Shown here: piece after piece, positions 50,372 to 64,000 of the stretch
Layout of the letters: the number at the start of each line of letters is the position of its first letter
How positions within the stretch are numbered: position 1 is the stretch's first letter
Assembly: GCA_020445785.1 (NCBI GenBank)
Contig: JAGRFZ010000013.1
Span: forward strand, 95,628 to 159,627
Length of the DNA: 64,000 bases
Reading direction: 5' to 3'
From: Rhodocyclaceae bacterium
GTDB taxonomy: Bacteria; Pseudomonadota; Gammaproteobacteria; Burkholderiales; Rhodocyclaceae
The notes under the pieces: generated by a model
Databases searched by the model: none
Told to the model about the DNA's origin: nothing
What the model saw: the letters and a program-made list of their open reading frames with translations, nothing else
Program-made: the position numbers and the translations under genes

Positions 50372-50851
50372 ATGAATAAAAAGATTGCCCGCCCGCTCCT
50401 CGCCCTCGCCTGTCTGGGCCTGGCCAGCGCCGCCAGCGCTCAGCTCAAACCCGAGGAAATGATCAAGTTCCGCCAGTCCGGTTACACCTTCATGGCCTGG
50501 AACATGGGCAAGATCAAGGCGATGGCGGTCGACGACAAGGTGCCGTTCGATGCCAAGCAGGTCGCCAGCGCGGCCAACGTCGTCGCCGCCGTTGCCAACT
50601 CCGGTCTCGGCGCCCTGTTCGCGCCGGGCACCGACAACGGCAAGGGTTGGAAAGAGACCCGGCTGAAGTCGGAATTCTTCGAGAAGCCGGACGAGGTCAA
50701 GGAGGTCGCGCTGAATTTCGTCAAGCAGGCCAACGAGCTGCAGCGAGTCGCGGCCGGCGGCGACAAGGCGGCGATCAAGGCTCAGTTCGGCGAAACCGGC
50801 AAGGCCTGCAAGGCCTGTCACGACAAATTCCGCGAGGAAGAGGACAAGTAG
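50372..50851 (+). CDS. Cytochrome c' (class II)
   Basis: Signal peptide; C-terminal CKACH. Confidence 0.93.
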   Translation: MNKKIARPLLALACLGLASAASAQLKPEEMIKFRQSGYTFMAWNMGKIKAMAVDDKVPFDAKQVASAANVVAAVANSGLGALFAPGTDNGKGWKETRLKSEFFEKPDEVKEVALNFVKQANELQRVAAGGDKAAIKAQFGETGKACKACHDKFREEEDK

Positions 50852-50890
50852 GCGGCCGGTTCTCCCAGCCGGGCCACCGCACCAGGCAGC

Positions 50891-51577
50891 TTACCAGGCC
50901 GGGGGCGGTGGCGGTGGGGGCGGCGGCGGCAGCATGCCGCCGGAGGCCGCCCAAACTGCGGTGAGCGCGACCACCACCGCGATCACGAAGGCCACCGGGC
51001 CGCCGCCGCGGGCCGGTCTGGCCTCGGCGTCGGTGGTCTGGGCAAGGCCGGTGATCATAGGCCGCACCAGATTCCGGCGCTTGACCTTGAGGTAGTAAAT
51101 GATGGCGCCCACATGGAATGCGACCAGCAGCAGGATCACCAACTCGGATCGGCGGTGCAGACCCGTCATCCAGTCGGAGTAGGCCTTGCTCACCAACGGG
51201 TAGAGTGGGCCGTTGAAGGCGATGTCGTCGTTCGACACGAGGCCGCTCAGGGCCTGAAAAAGCAGAACCGAAAGGATCGCGACCACCGACAGCGCGCCCA
51301 GCGGATTGTGACCCAGCCCACGCCATTCTCCGCGCAGGTAGGCGAGCACGGCACCAGGTCCTCGCACGAAAGTGAAGAAGCGGGCGTAGGTCGAGCCGAT
51401 CAGGCCCCATACCAGACGGAAACTCAGTAGTCCCAGGATGGCAAGACCGAAGGTGCCGTGCCACAGCATGGCATTGCCACCGATCTTGCCGCTGGTGAAG
51501 GAACCGACGACCAGCAGCACGAGGGACCAGTGAAAGATCCGGGTCGGCAGATCCCACACCGCCACACTCCGCTTCAT
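50891..51577 (-). CDS. Cytochrome b (Ni-hydrogenase cytochrome b-like family)
   Basis: VWDLPTRIFHW, GHNPLG, four TM His; C-terminal Pro10. Confidence 0.92.
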   Translation of the reverse strand: MKRSVAVWDLPTRIFHWSLVLLVVGSFTSGKIGGNAMLWHGTFGLAILGLLSFRLVWGLIGSTYARFFTFVRGPGAVLAYLRGEWRGLGHNPLGALSVVAILSVLLFQALSGLVSNDDIAFNGPLYPLVSKAYSDWMTGLHRRSELVILLLVAFHVGAIIYYLKVKRRNLVRPMITGLAQTTDAEARPARGGGPVAFVIAVVVALTAVWAASGGMLPPPPPPPPPPAW

Positions 51578-51665
51578 CTCGTCCACCTCGTTATTGTGCA
51601 GTGCAGTATTGTCCATCGCAGGGCGTCGGATTGGAAGACGAAGGCCGCACCAATGTGGCGCGACA

Positions 51666-51679
51666 TTGATTCTAGACAA
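51666..51679. promoter_or_regulatory. FNR/DNR-like box upstream of cytochrome b
   Basis: TTGAT-TCTA-GACAA versus consensus TTGAT-N4-ATCAA. Confidence 0.3.
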
Positions 51680-51713
51680 ACTTTATTAAGACCCCGTCGC
51701 GGCGGGAGCGGCT

Positions 51714-57206
<5,493 letters not shown>

Positions 57207-57373
57207 GGAAAGGGGGATGGGACCGGTGGAAAGATCAAGATTCTATTCTCCCGCCGCGGTTCCGGACGGCGGACGATGTCGATCGCAAAATGCTCAAGTT
57301 GTCGGCCGAAGTACCGTTCGAAACCGATGCAGCCGCGGATACATGCGGTGGAATCCCCCAAGGAGGACAACTG

Positions 57374-58315
57374 ATGGCCAATTTGCTGTGGATGCAGACC
57401 GGCGCCTGTAGCGGAGACAGCATGTCCCTGCTCAACGCCGACGGACCATCGATCGAAGGACTCCTTCGCAGCGGCGAGATCGAACTGCTGTGGCACCCTT
57501 CGTTGAGCGACCTGCCTGCGGGTGCGTTCGGGCGCCTGGTCGAGCGGATCGAGTCCGGTCAACAGCCTCTCGACATCCTCTGCATCGAGGGCAGCATCAT
57601 CACCGGGCCCTACGGCAGCGGAATGTTCGACAGCCACCGCGGCCGACCGAAGATGCAGATCGCCGCCGCGCTCGCAGCCCGGGCCCGGACCGTGGTCGCC
57701 ATGGGAACCTGTGCCGCATTCGGCGGCGTGCATGCCGCGCCGCCCAATCCTTCGGATGCGATCGGGCTGCAGTACGACCACGCCGATCCGGGCGGATTGC
57801 TCGACGCCGACTGGCGTTCGAGCGACGGCCGGCCGGTAATCAATCTGGCGGGTTGTCCGGTCCATCCGCTGACCATCACCCGTACCTTGTCGATGCTGGC
57901 TGCCGACATTCCGTTCGAACTCGATTTCCTGAATCGGCCGGCGGTCTTCTATTCGTCCACGGTGCACCAGGGCTGCACCCGCAACGAGTACCACGAATAC
58001 GACGTCGAAGATCACGAACCGGGCGGAAAGGCGTGCATGTATTTCAACCTCGGCTGCCAGGGGCCTGGGACACTCGCCAATTGCAACGCCGAACTGTGGA
58101 ACAACCGAAGCAGCAAGACACGCGCCGGCGTGCCCTGCTTCGGGTGTACATCGCCGAACTTCCCCCGCGACGGCGACCTGTTCCGCACCGACAAGATCGG
58201 CGATGTGCCGATCACGCTGCCACTGGGCGTATCGCGCGCCCGCTACATGGCCTATAAGAACCTCGCGAAAGCCGCGGCGCCGGTTCGCCTGATCAAGCGC
58301 CAAATGGAGCCTTGA
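57374..58315 (+). CDS. [NiFe] hydrogenase small subunit, cytoplasmic, group 2 (sensory)-like
   Basis: AGGAGG RBS; WMQTGACSGDSMS, GTCAAFGG, GCPVHP, HQGCTR, GCQGP, PCFGC; no Tat signal. Confidence 0.92.
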   Translation: MANLLWMQTGACSGDSMSLLNADGPSIEGLLRSGEIELLWHPSLSDLPAGAFGRLVERIESGQQPLDILCIEGSIITGPYGSGMFDSHRGRPKMQIAAALAARARTVVAMGTCAAFGGVHAAPPNPSDAIGLQYDHADPGGLLDADWRSSDGRPVINLAGCPVHPLTITRTLSMLAADIPFELDFLNRPAVFYSSTVHQGCTRNEYHEYDVEDHEPGGKACMYFNLGCQGPGTLANCNAELWNNRSSKTRAGVPCFGCTSPNFPRDGDLFRTDKIGDVPITLPLGVSRARYMAYKNLAKAAAPVRLIKRQMEP

Positions 58316-58317
58316 GC

Positions 58318-59853
58318 ATGGCCAGAAGGACGATCGGTGTCGACTTGAACCGAGTCGAGGGGGACCTCGAGTTCGAGGTCGACCTGGAGGGCGAGCGCAT
58401 CGTCGACGCCCGCTGCGTCGGCACCCTGTTCCGCGGATTCGAGCAGCTGCTGGTCGATCGCGCTCCGCGCGACGCGCTGGTGATCACACCACGGGTCTGC
58501 GGCATCTGCGGCACCGCCCATCTGTACGCCGCGGTGCTGTCGCTCGAGCGCCTGGGCGGGCTGGCGGTGCCGCCCCAGGCGACGCTGATCCGGAATCTCT
58601 GCCTGATGGCCGAGAACGTGCAGAGCGACCTGCGGCAGACCTTTCTCTTCTTCGTGCCGGACTTCGTCAATCGGCGCTACGCCAACCACCCGCTGGCCGC
58701 CGAGATCGCCGAGGCGTTCGCGCCATTGAAGGGCAGCGCGGCGATCGGCGCCCTCGGCGTGAGTCGGCGAATTCTTCAGGTAGTCGCGATCTTCGGCGGC
58801 CAATGGCCCCATTCCTCGTACATGCTGCCGGGTGGCGTGACCCGCGGTGCCAACCCACGTGACATCGTCGATTGCCGCGAACTCGTGGGATCCACGATCG
58901 ATTGGCTCGAGGAGGCCGTGTTCGGCGACCGCATCGATGCCTTTCTCGCCCTCGACTCGCTCGATGCACTGGAGCGCTGGCTGGCCGACCCGGCGCGGTT
59001 ACGCAAGGCTTTGCCGCTGCTCTGCCGATTCAGCCGCTCGGTGGGGCTCGACCGGATCGGCGGAGGGGCCCGGAGTTTCCTGTCCGGGGGCAGCTACCAC
59101 GATCCGGAGCGCTGGTCACCGCCCTACGATCGTCAGGAGACGCTGCTGGCGGCTGGCCTCTACGACGCCGACGACGGTGCGCTGAACGCCTTCGATCCGG
59201 CCCTCATCACCGAACACGTTCGGCACTCCTGGTTCCGGCCCTATGAGGGCGGACGGCACCCGTTCGCCGGCGAAACCGTGCCCGACTACCAGCCGGGCGG
59301 CGACCGCTACACCTGGGCGAAAGCGCCGCGCTATGGCGAACGCGTGGTCGAGACCGGACCGCTGGCCGAGCTGCTGGCAGCCGGCGACATGCTGTGCCGC
59401 GACATCCTGACGACGCTGGGGCCGAACACCTGGCTGCGCCAGTTCGCGCGCCTGCGGCGTGCCGCGACGACCCTCACATGGATGCGCAGCCATGTCACGG
59501 CCCTGGCGGGGCGGATCGGCGAACCGCACTTTCGGAATCCGGACGACGATGCGCTGGCCGAGGGCGACGGCTTCGGCATCGTGCAGGCGGCCCGTGGCAT
59601 GCTGGGACACTGGGTCCAGGTTCGGGACGGCCGTATCGCACGCTACCAGATCGTCACCCCCACGGCCTGGAATGCGTCGCCCAAGGACAGCCAGGGGCGC
59701 CATGGCCACTGGGAGCAGAGCGTCATCGGTGTGACGCTTGCCGATCCCGACGATCCAGTGGAACTCGGCCACATCGTCCGCTCCCACGACCCGTGCCTGG
59801 TGTGTACCGTGCACTTCGCCGGAAGCGGCAAGCGGGTGCGCTATGGCATCTAG
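58318..59853 (+). CDS. [NiFe] hydrogenase large subunit, group 2-like, with C-terminal extension
   Basis: NRVEGD, L1 PRVCGICGTAH, L2 DPCLVCTVH plus a 12-aa tail. Confidence 0.94.
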   Translation: MARRTIGVDLNRVEGDLEFEVDLEGERIVDARCVGTLFRGFEQLLVDRAPRDALVITPRVCGICGTAHLYAAVLSLERLGGLAVPPQATLIRNLCLMAENVQSDLRQTFLFFVPDFVNRRYANHPLAAEIAEAFAPLKGSAAIGALGVSRRILQVVAIFGGQWPHSSYMLPGGVTRGANPRDIVDCRELVGSTIDWLEEAVFGDRIDAFLALDSLDALERWLADPARLRKALPLLCRFSRSVGLDRIGGGARSFLSGGSYHDPERWSPPYDRQETLLAAGLYDADDGALNAFDPALITEHVRHSWFRPYEGGRHPFAGETVPDYQPGGDRYTWAKAPRYGERVVETGPLAELLAAGDMLCRDILTTLGPNTWLRQFARLRRAATTLTWMRSHVTALAGRIGEPHFRNPDDDALAEGDGFGIVQAARGMLGHWVQVRDGRIARYQIVTPTAWNASPKDSQGRHGHWEQSVIGVTLADPDDPVELGHIVRSHDPCLVCTVHFAGSGKRVRYGI

Positions 59854-60307
59854 ACATGTGGTCTGCTTCGGCAACGAACTGCACGGCGACGATGGGTTCG
59901 GCGCGGCGCTTCATGCGGCGTTGGTGCGCGGCCGTTTGCCGCCGGACACACGCCTGTTTCGATCCGACGCAGGCAGTCCGGGCGCGATCGACTGCTTCGA
60001 CGGCTGCGACGAAGTGGTGGTCGTGGACGTACTCAGCGGTTACGGTCCGCCGGGCTCCGTCCATACGCTGGCCAGTGACGCGATCGCGCCGGAAGCCACT
60101 GCAGCCCACGGTGCCGGGGTCGGCCGCCTGCTCGAGACCGTACGCTGCATTCTTCGACCGCAGCCCAGAATTCGGGTCGTCGGTGTCGAGGCCGGACGCG
60201 TCGACGCATTTCGTCCCGGCCTTTCGCCTGCGGTCGCCGCGTCCCTGCCGGTTGCGTTGCAGGCGGTGATGGACTGCCTACGATGGAACCGACGCGAGCG
60301 TCCGTGA
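59843..60307 (+). CDS. Hydrogenase maturation protease
   Basis: GNELHGDDGFG, VVVVD, AHG; overlaps the large subunit stop. Confidence 0.88.
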   Translation: MASRHVVCFGNELHGDDGFGAALHAALVRGRLPPDTRLFRSDAGSPGAIDCFDGCDEVVVVDVLSGYGPPGSVHTLASDAIAPEATAAHGAGVGRLLETVRCILRPQPRIRVVGVEAGRVDAFRPGLSPAVAASLPVALQAVMDCLRWNRRERP

Positions 60308-62379
60308 TTCCGATCCACTCGGTGACGCCGGTGGCCGGCCCGGACCGGCGCTGGTGCGGCTACGTCCGTTTGCCGGGCCGCGACGACCAGACCCACGTCT
60401 TGATCCTGCAGCGCGGCAAGCGCCTGTTCGGCATTCCAGCACTGTGCCCGCACGACGGAAGCAGGATGGACCGGTGCCGCAGCGACGAAGACGGAAACCT
60501 GGTCTGCGGCGCCCACGGGCTGAAGGTGCCGGTCGAGTCGAACACGGAGGGGTTCGAGGTCGTGGACCAGGATGGTCGGTTCTACATGCAGCAATCGGCC
60601 ACGACCGCAAGCCTTGGCGATCAGAACGAGATGGTGGGACTGCGGCAGGAACTGGCCGCCCTGCGGGAAGCCAACTTCGTACTGGAAGCGCAGATCTCGA
60701 CCATCAGCGAGGTGATGGATGGCGTGATTGCGGAACTCTCGGAAAAGTCTCAGCAACTCGAACGGAGGAGCCACGAGCAGGGTCGGCTCGGTCGATTCAT
60801 CGACAACGTCATAAACAGCATGGAAAATCTGATGATCGTGCTCGACGCGCACGGTCGGATCCAACAGATCAATGCCGCAGTCACGCGTCAGCTCGGATTC
60901 CGGTCCGAGGACGTGGTCGGGCGGCCGAGTGATGCGCTGCTCTCGGCCCAGAGCCTGGCCTGCTTGGCCGAGACGACGCGCACGAGCAACGTGCCGGAAG
61001 GTCTGAGCTTGTTCCGCACCATTCTGGACCGGGGTGAATTGGCGTTCGAGACGACGCTGGCCCACGCCTCGGGCAAGGGTTCCGACCGGCACTTCATCAT
61101 GCGGGGCACACCCCTCTACGAGCGGAGCGGAAAACTCGAAGGCGCCGTCGTCGTGGCCTCGGACATCACCCTGCTGCGCGCGCGCGAACACGAACTGCAG
61201 CAAAGCGAGCAGCGTTTTCGCGATTTCAGCGCGGTCTCGTCCGACGGCTTCTGGGAAGTGGACGAGAATCTGCGGTTCGTTCGCCCGGCGTTCGGCCGTG
61301 AGGACCTGATCGGCGTCAGCCTGTTCTCGATCGCTCGCAGCAATGGACAGGACCAGGCGGCGGCCACCGCGTCGATCGAGCGGGCGGTCAGCCGTCACGA
61401 GGAGTTTCGCGACTTGGAGTTCCAGTTGCCGGCGCCGGTCGAAGCCTGGGACTGGCTCAGCTTGAGCGGTCGCCCCGTGTTCGATCCGGCTGGCCGCCTG
61501 ACGGGCTACCGTGGAACGATCAAGAACATCACGACGCGCAAGCAGGCCCAGCGGGAATTGCAGATGCACCGCGATCACCTGGCCGATCTGGTGGCCAGCC
61601 AGACCGCCGATCTTCTCGCAGCAAAGGAGCAGGCGGAACGCGCCAACCAGGCGAAGAGCGAATTCCTGGCGAACATGTCGCACGAGTTCCGCACGCCGTT
61701 GCACGGCATCGGTTCCTTTGCGAAGCTGGGCTTGACCAGGGTCGAAACTTCGCCGCGCGAGAAGCTGCGCAGCTATTTCGAAAGCATCCTCAAGAGCGGC
61801 AACCGGCTCGGCGAACTGGTGGATGATCTGCTCGATCTCGCCAAGCTCGAAGCACGCCGTACCCGATTGCAGCGCAAAGCCTGCGACATGCGGGACCTCG
61901 TCGACGTGATCGCACGGGACCTGCACGCACTGACCGACAGCCGCCGCGTAACGCTGCGCGTCGTCAGCGATACCGCGGATACCTGCGCCGACCTCGACGA
62001 GCAGCAGTTCCACACGGTGATCCAGAACCTCGTGGCGAATGCCGTCAAGTTCTCCCCGCCGAAGGGGGAGATCACGATCACCCTCAGCGACGGCGAATTG
62101 CCGCTGGCGCGGCCTGCCCTTTGCATGAGTGTTCGTGACCGAGGTGTCGGCGTTCCGCAAGAAGAACTGGAATCGATCTTCGACAAGTTCGTCCAGAGTT
62201 CCAAGACCAAGACCGGTGCGGGCGGTACCGGGCTCGGGCTGGCCATCACCCGCGAGATCGTGCTCCTGCACGAAGGATGGATCTCGGCCGGGAACCATCG
62301 TGACGGGGGTGCGATCTTTACCGTGCTGGTGCCGAGACGAACCGACCCAGTCAGTGTGAATGAGGATCTTGGCACGTAA
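60283..62379 (+). CDS. Soluble sensor histidine kinase: Rieske-like + coiled coil + PAS + PAS + HisKA/HATPase
   Basis: CPH-x17-CGAH, PAS ends SDIT and NIT, H-box SHEFRTPL, NAVKF, DRGVG, GTGLGL; no TM segment. Confidence 0.9.
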   Translation: MEPTRASVIPIHSVTPVAGPDRRWCGYVRLPGRDDQTHVLILQRGKRLFGIPALCPHDGSRMDRCRSDEDGNLVCGAHGLKVPVESNTEGFEVVDQDGRFYMQQSATTASLGDQNEMVGLRQELAALREANFVLEAQISTISEVMDGVIAELSEKSQQLERRSHEQGRLGRFIDNVINSMENLMIVLDAHGRIQQINAAVTRQLGFRSEDVVGRPSDALLSAQSLACLAETTRTSNVPEGLSLFRTILDRGELAFETTLAHASGKGSDRHFIMRGTPLYERSGKLEGAVVVASDITLLRAREHELQQSEQRFRDFSAVSSDGFWEVDENLRFVRPAFGREDLIGVSLFSIARSNGQDQAAATASIERAVSRHEEFRDLEFQLPAPVEAWDWLSLSGRPVFDPAGRLTGYRGTIKNITTRKQAQRELQMHRDHLADLVASQTADLLAAKEQAERANQAKSEFLANMSHEFRTPLHGIGSFAKLGLTRVETSPREKLRSYFESILKSGNRLGELVDDLLDLAKLEARRTRLQRKACDMRDLVDVIARDLHALTDSRRVTLRVVSDTADTCADLDEQQFHTVIQNLVANAVKFSPPKGEITITLSDGELPLARPALCMSVRDRGVGVPQEELESIFDKFVQSSKTKTGAGGTGLGLAITREIVLLHEGWISAGNHRDGGAIFTVLVPRRTDPVSVNEDLGT

Positions 62380-62385
62380 TCTGCT
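62369..62385 (+). promoter_or_regulatory. Sigma-54 (-24/-12) promoter candidate
   Basis: TTGGCACGTAATCTGCT with exact GG-N10-GC spacing. Confidence 0.5.
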
Positions 62386-62556
62386 GGCGTTACGCTACGT
62401 GGAACCGGCCTGCGTTTCGACACACAAATTAATCGCCTGAAACGAGTCGAAGCATGCCAGCAGGGTCGGAACACCCGCATCGCGCACCATCCCGCAGCAG
62501 AATTGCACCAATACAGTGCGCGGGTAGTGCGAGCAGACAGGGAGGGGGACAGACAA

Positions 62557-62829
62557 ATGCTGAGTCTGACCGATTGTCTGGATTTCGTCGATCTGGACGA
62601 AGCGACGATCGAGGTGATCGCGCGCCATGAAGAACTGCCGATCATCGTCGCGGCCGAACTGGGTCACCAGTTGCTGGGCGACCTCAGGGGAATCTACCGC
62701 ATCCACCTGATGCACCGCGATCTCATCGAAGCCGCTGCCGAAAGCGGGCACCTGGACGACGAAAAGCGTCTTCGGAAGTCCTACCAGGCCTTCAACCGAA
62801 AGTATCCGGTGCCACGTCAGTTGCCTTGA
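62557..62829 (+). CDS. Small hypothetical protein (90 aa)
   Basis: GGAGG-rich RBS; MLSLTDCLDF..IARHEELP.IVAAELG. Confidence 0.75.
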   Translation: MLSLTDCLDFVDLDEATIEVIARHEELPIIVAAELGHQLLGDLRGIYRIHLMHRDLIEAAAESGHLDDEKRLRKSYQAFNRKYPVPRQLP

Positions 62830-63290
62830 GCCGCACCGGCAGCGTCGGTGCCGGCTGCGGTATCCGGCGCATGACCGTCCGCGGCGTCGGTTGCGTCCGT
62901 GGCGGCCTCCTCGCTGGCCGCGGCGGCCGGATCGCGGCCGGTCATGCGGGCTGCCGCCTGACGGGTGAGTTCGAGGACTTTCTGAGCGGCTTCGCGGGTT
63001 GCATCCATGGCATCGCGGGAATCGTCGGGCGATTCGACGGCTGCCGGCTTCCTCTCTTCCGCCGCTGCCGGCGGGGCGGAAGCGGGCTCCTCAGCCACCG
63101 CCTTGCCGGCCTCGACGACCGCTTCGCCAGCCTTGCCGATGGCCTCGGCCGCCTTTCGGCCGGCCTGCTGGGCGGCATCGACGGCTTCCGAGGCAGCCTG
63201 TCGGGCACGCTCCGCTGACTGGTCCTGCTGCTGGGTACAGGCGGCAAGTGACACGGCCGCCAGGGTGGTCGCCAGCCACCGGATAGTCAT
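62817..63290 (-). CDS. Ala-rich lipoprotein
   Basis: GGAG RBS; lipobox LAAC; low-complexity helical body. Confidence 0.75.
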   Translation of the reverse strand: MTIRWLATTLAAVSLAACTQQQDQSAERARQAASEAVDAAQQAGRKAAEAIGKAGEAVVEAGKAVAEEPASAPPAAAEERKPAAVESPDDSRDAMDATREAAQKVLELTRQAAARMTGRDPAAAASEEAATDATDAADGHAPDTAAGTDAAGAAQGN

Positions 63291-63422
63291 TGTTGTTGTC
63301 TCCTCTCGTGGTGCGGGCATCGCCGGTGGGGCCGGAGAGACCGCGGGTCGGGGTTCGTTGCCGGGGTCGCATGCGGAACGCCGGGACGGGGATCACGCAG
63401 CCGAGGCTGCGCTCCCCGAGCA

Positions 63423-63980
63423 TCACTTGACGCGGTTGCGGTATTCGTCGGTGCGGGTGTCGATCTCGATCTTGTCACCGATTTCGACGAAGGCCGGCAC
63501 CATCAATTCGAATCCGGTCGAAATTTTGGCCGGCTTCAACACCTTGCCCGAGGTATCTCCCTTGACCGCCGGCTCGGTGTAGGTCACCTCCCGCACGACG
63601 CTGTTCGGCAGTTCGACCGAAATCGCCTTGCCATTGTAGAAGACCACCTCGCATGCGAGTCCGTCCTCGAGATACTTGAGGGCATCCTCCATGTTCTCGG
63701 CCTCGACTTCGTACTGCTCGTATTCGGCGTCCATGAACACGTACATCGGATCGGCGTAATAGGAGTAGGTGACCTCCTTGCGATCGAGGATCACGACCTC
63801 GAACTTGTCGTCTGCCTTGTACACCGTCTCCGACGGCGCGCCGGTCAGCAGATTCTTGAGCTTCATCTTGACGACCGCCGCATTGCGGCCGGACTTGTTG
63901 TACTCGGTCTTCTGCACCACCAACGGGTCGGAACCGACCATTATGACGTTGCCGGAGCGAAGTTCCTGTGCGGTTTTCAT
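63423..63980 (-). CDS. efp: Elongation factor P (Arg32 type)
   Basis: KSGR32NAA loop, [14 protein letters not shown]. Confidence 0.97.
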   Translation of the reverse strand: MKTAQELRSGNVIMVGSDPLVVQKTEYNKSGRNAAVVKMKLKNLLTGAPSETVYKADDKFEVVILDRKEVTYSYYADPMYVFMDAEYEQYEVEAENMEDALKYLEDGLACEVVFYNGKAISVELPNSVVREVTYTEPAVKGDTSGKVLKPAKISTGFELMVPAFVEIGDKIEIDTRTDEYRNRVK

Positions 63981-64000
63981 TGCAATGCGCCTCTGGGCCC

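Noticed and set aside
50891-51577. Cytochrome b as the membrane anchor of the nearby hydrogenase; its Pro10 tail as a repeat element
   Set aside because: It is separated from the hydrogenase by uvrA, on the opposite strand and paired with cytochrome c'; the hydrogenase lacks a Tat signal; the Pro run uses mixed codons and is ordinary coding sequence

Overview
High-GC chromosomal window, probably a Rhodocyclaceae-like betaproteobacterium (inferred from gene content and an Arg32-type EF-P). (1) 1-15.6 kb: one tightly coupled + strand operon joining a prenyltransferase/squalene-cyclase-repeat gene and a MoxR-DUF58-BatA-vWA module to an ebo-like cluster (isomerase, UbiA/EboC, EboA, TatD/EboB, EboE, EboF), followed by an orphan DctD-like regulator. 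(2) 17.1-20.6 kb: a low-GC integron cassette array with an attI-like site, 3 attC sites and 4 cassettes but no intI; an IS30 truncates the last cassette. (3) 21-40 kb: TPR-GT41, HD-GYP, GGDEF-EAL, a DMT gene with a probable leader-peptide attenuator, moeA/tupBC, exporters, exosortase H and an MCP. (4) 40-46 kb: DUF5706 (Pycsar-effector-like) plus a DUF3616-like lipoprotein, divergent from DUF481 porin and Na/Pi genes. (5) 46-57 kb: LysR module, cytochromes c'/b and a double-length UvrA. (6) 57-62 kb: cytoplasmic group-2-type [NiFe] hydrogenase and maturation protease coupled to a Rieske-PAS-PAS histidine kinase, the best candidate for an undescribed system. (7) efp. All family calls come from motif recognition by eye, not from database searches.
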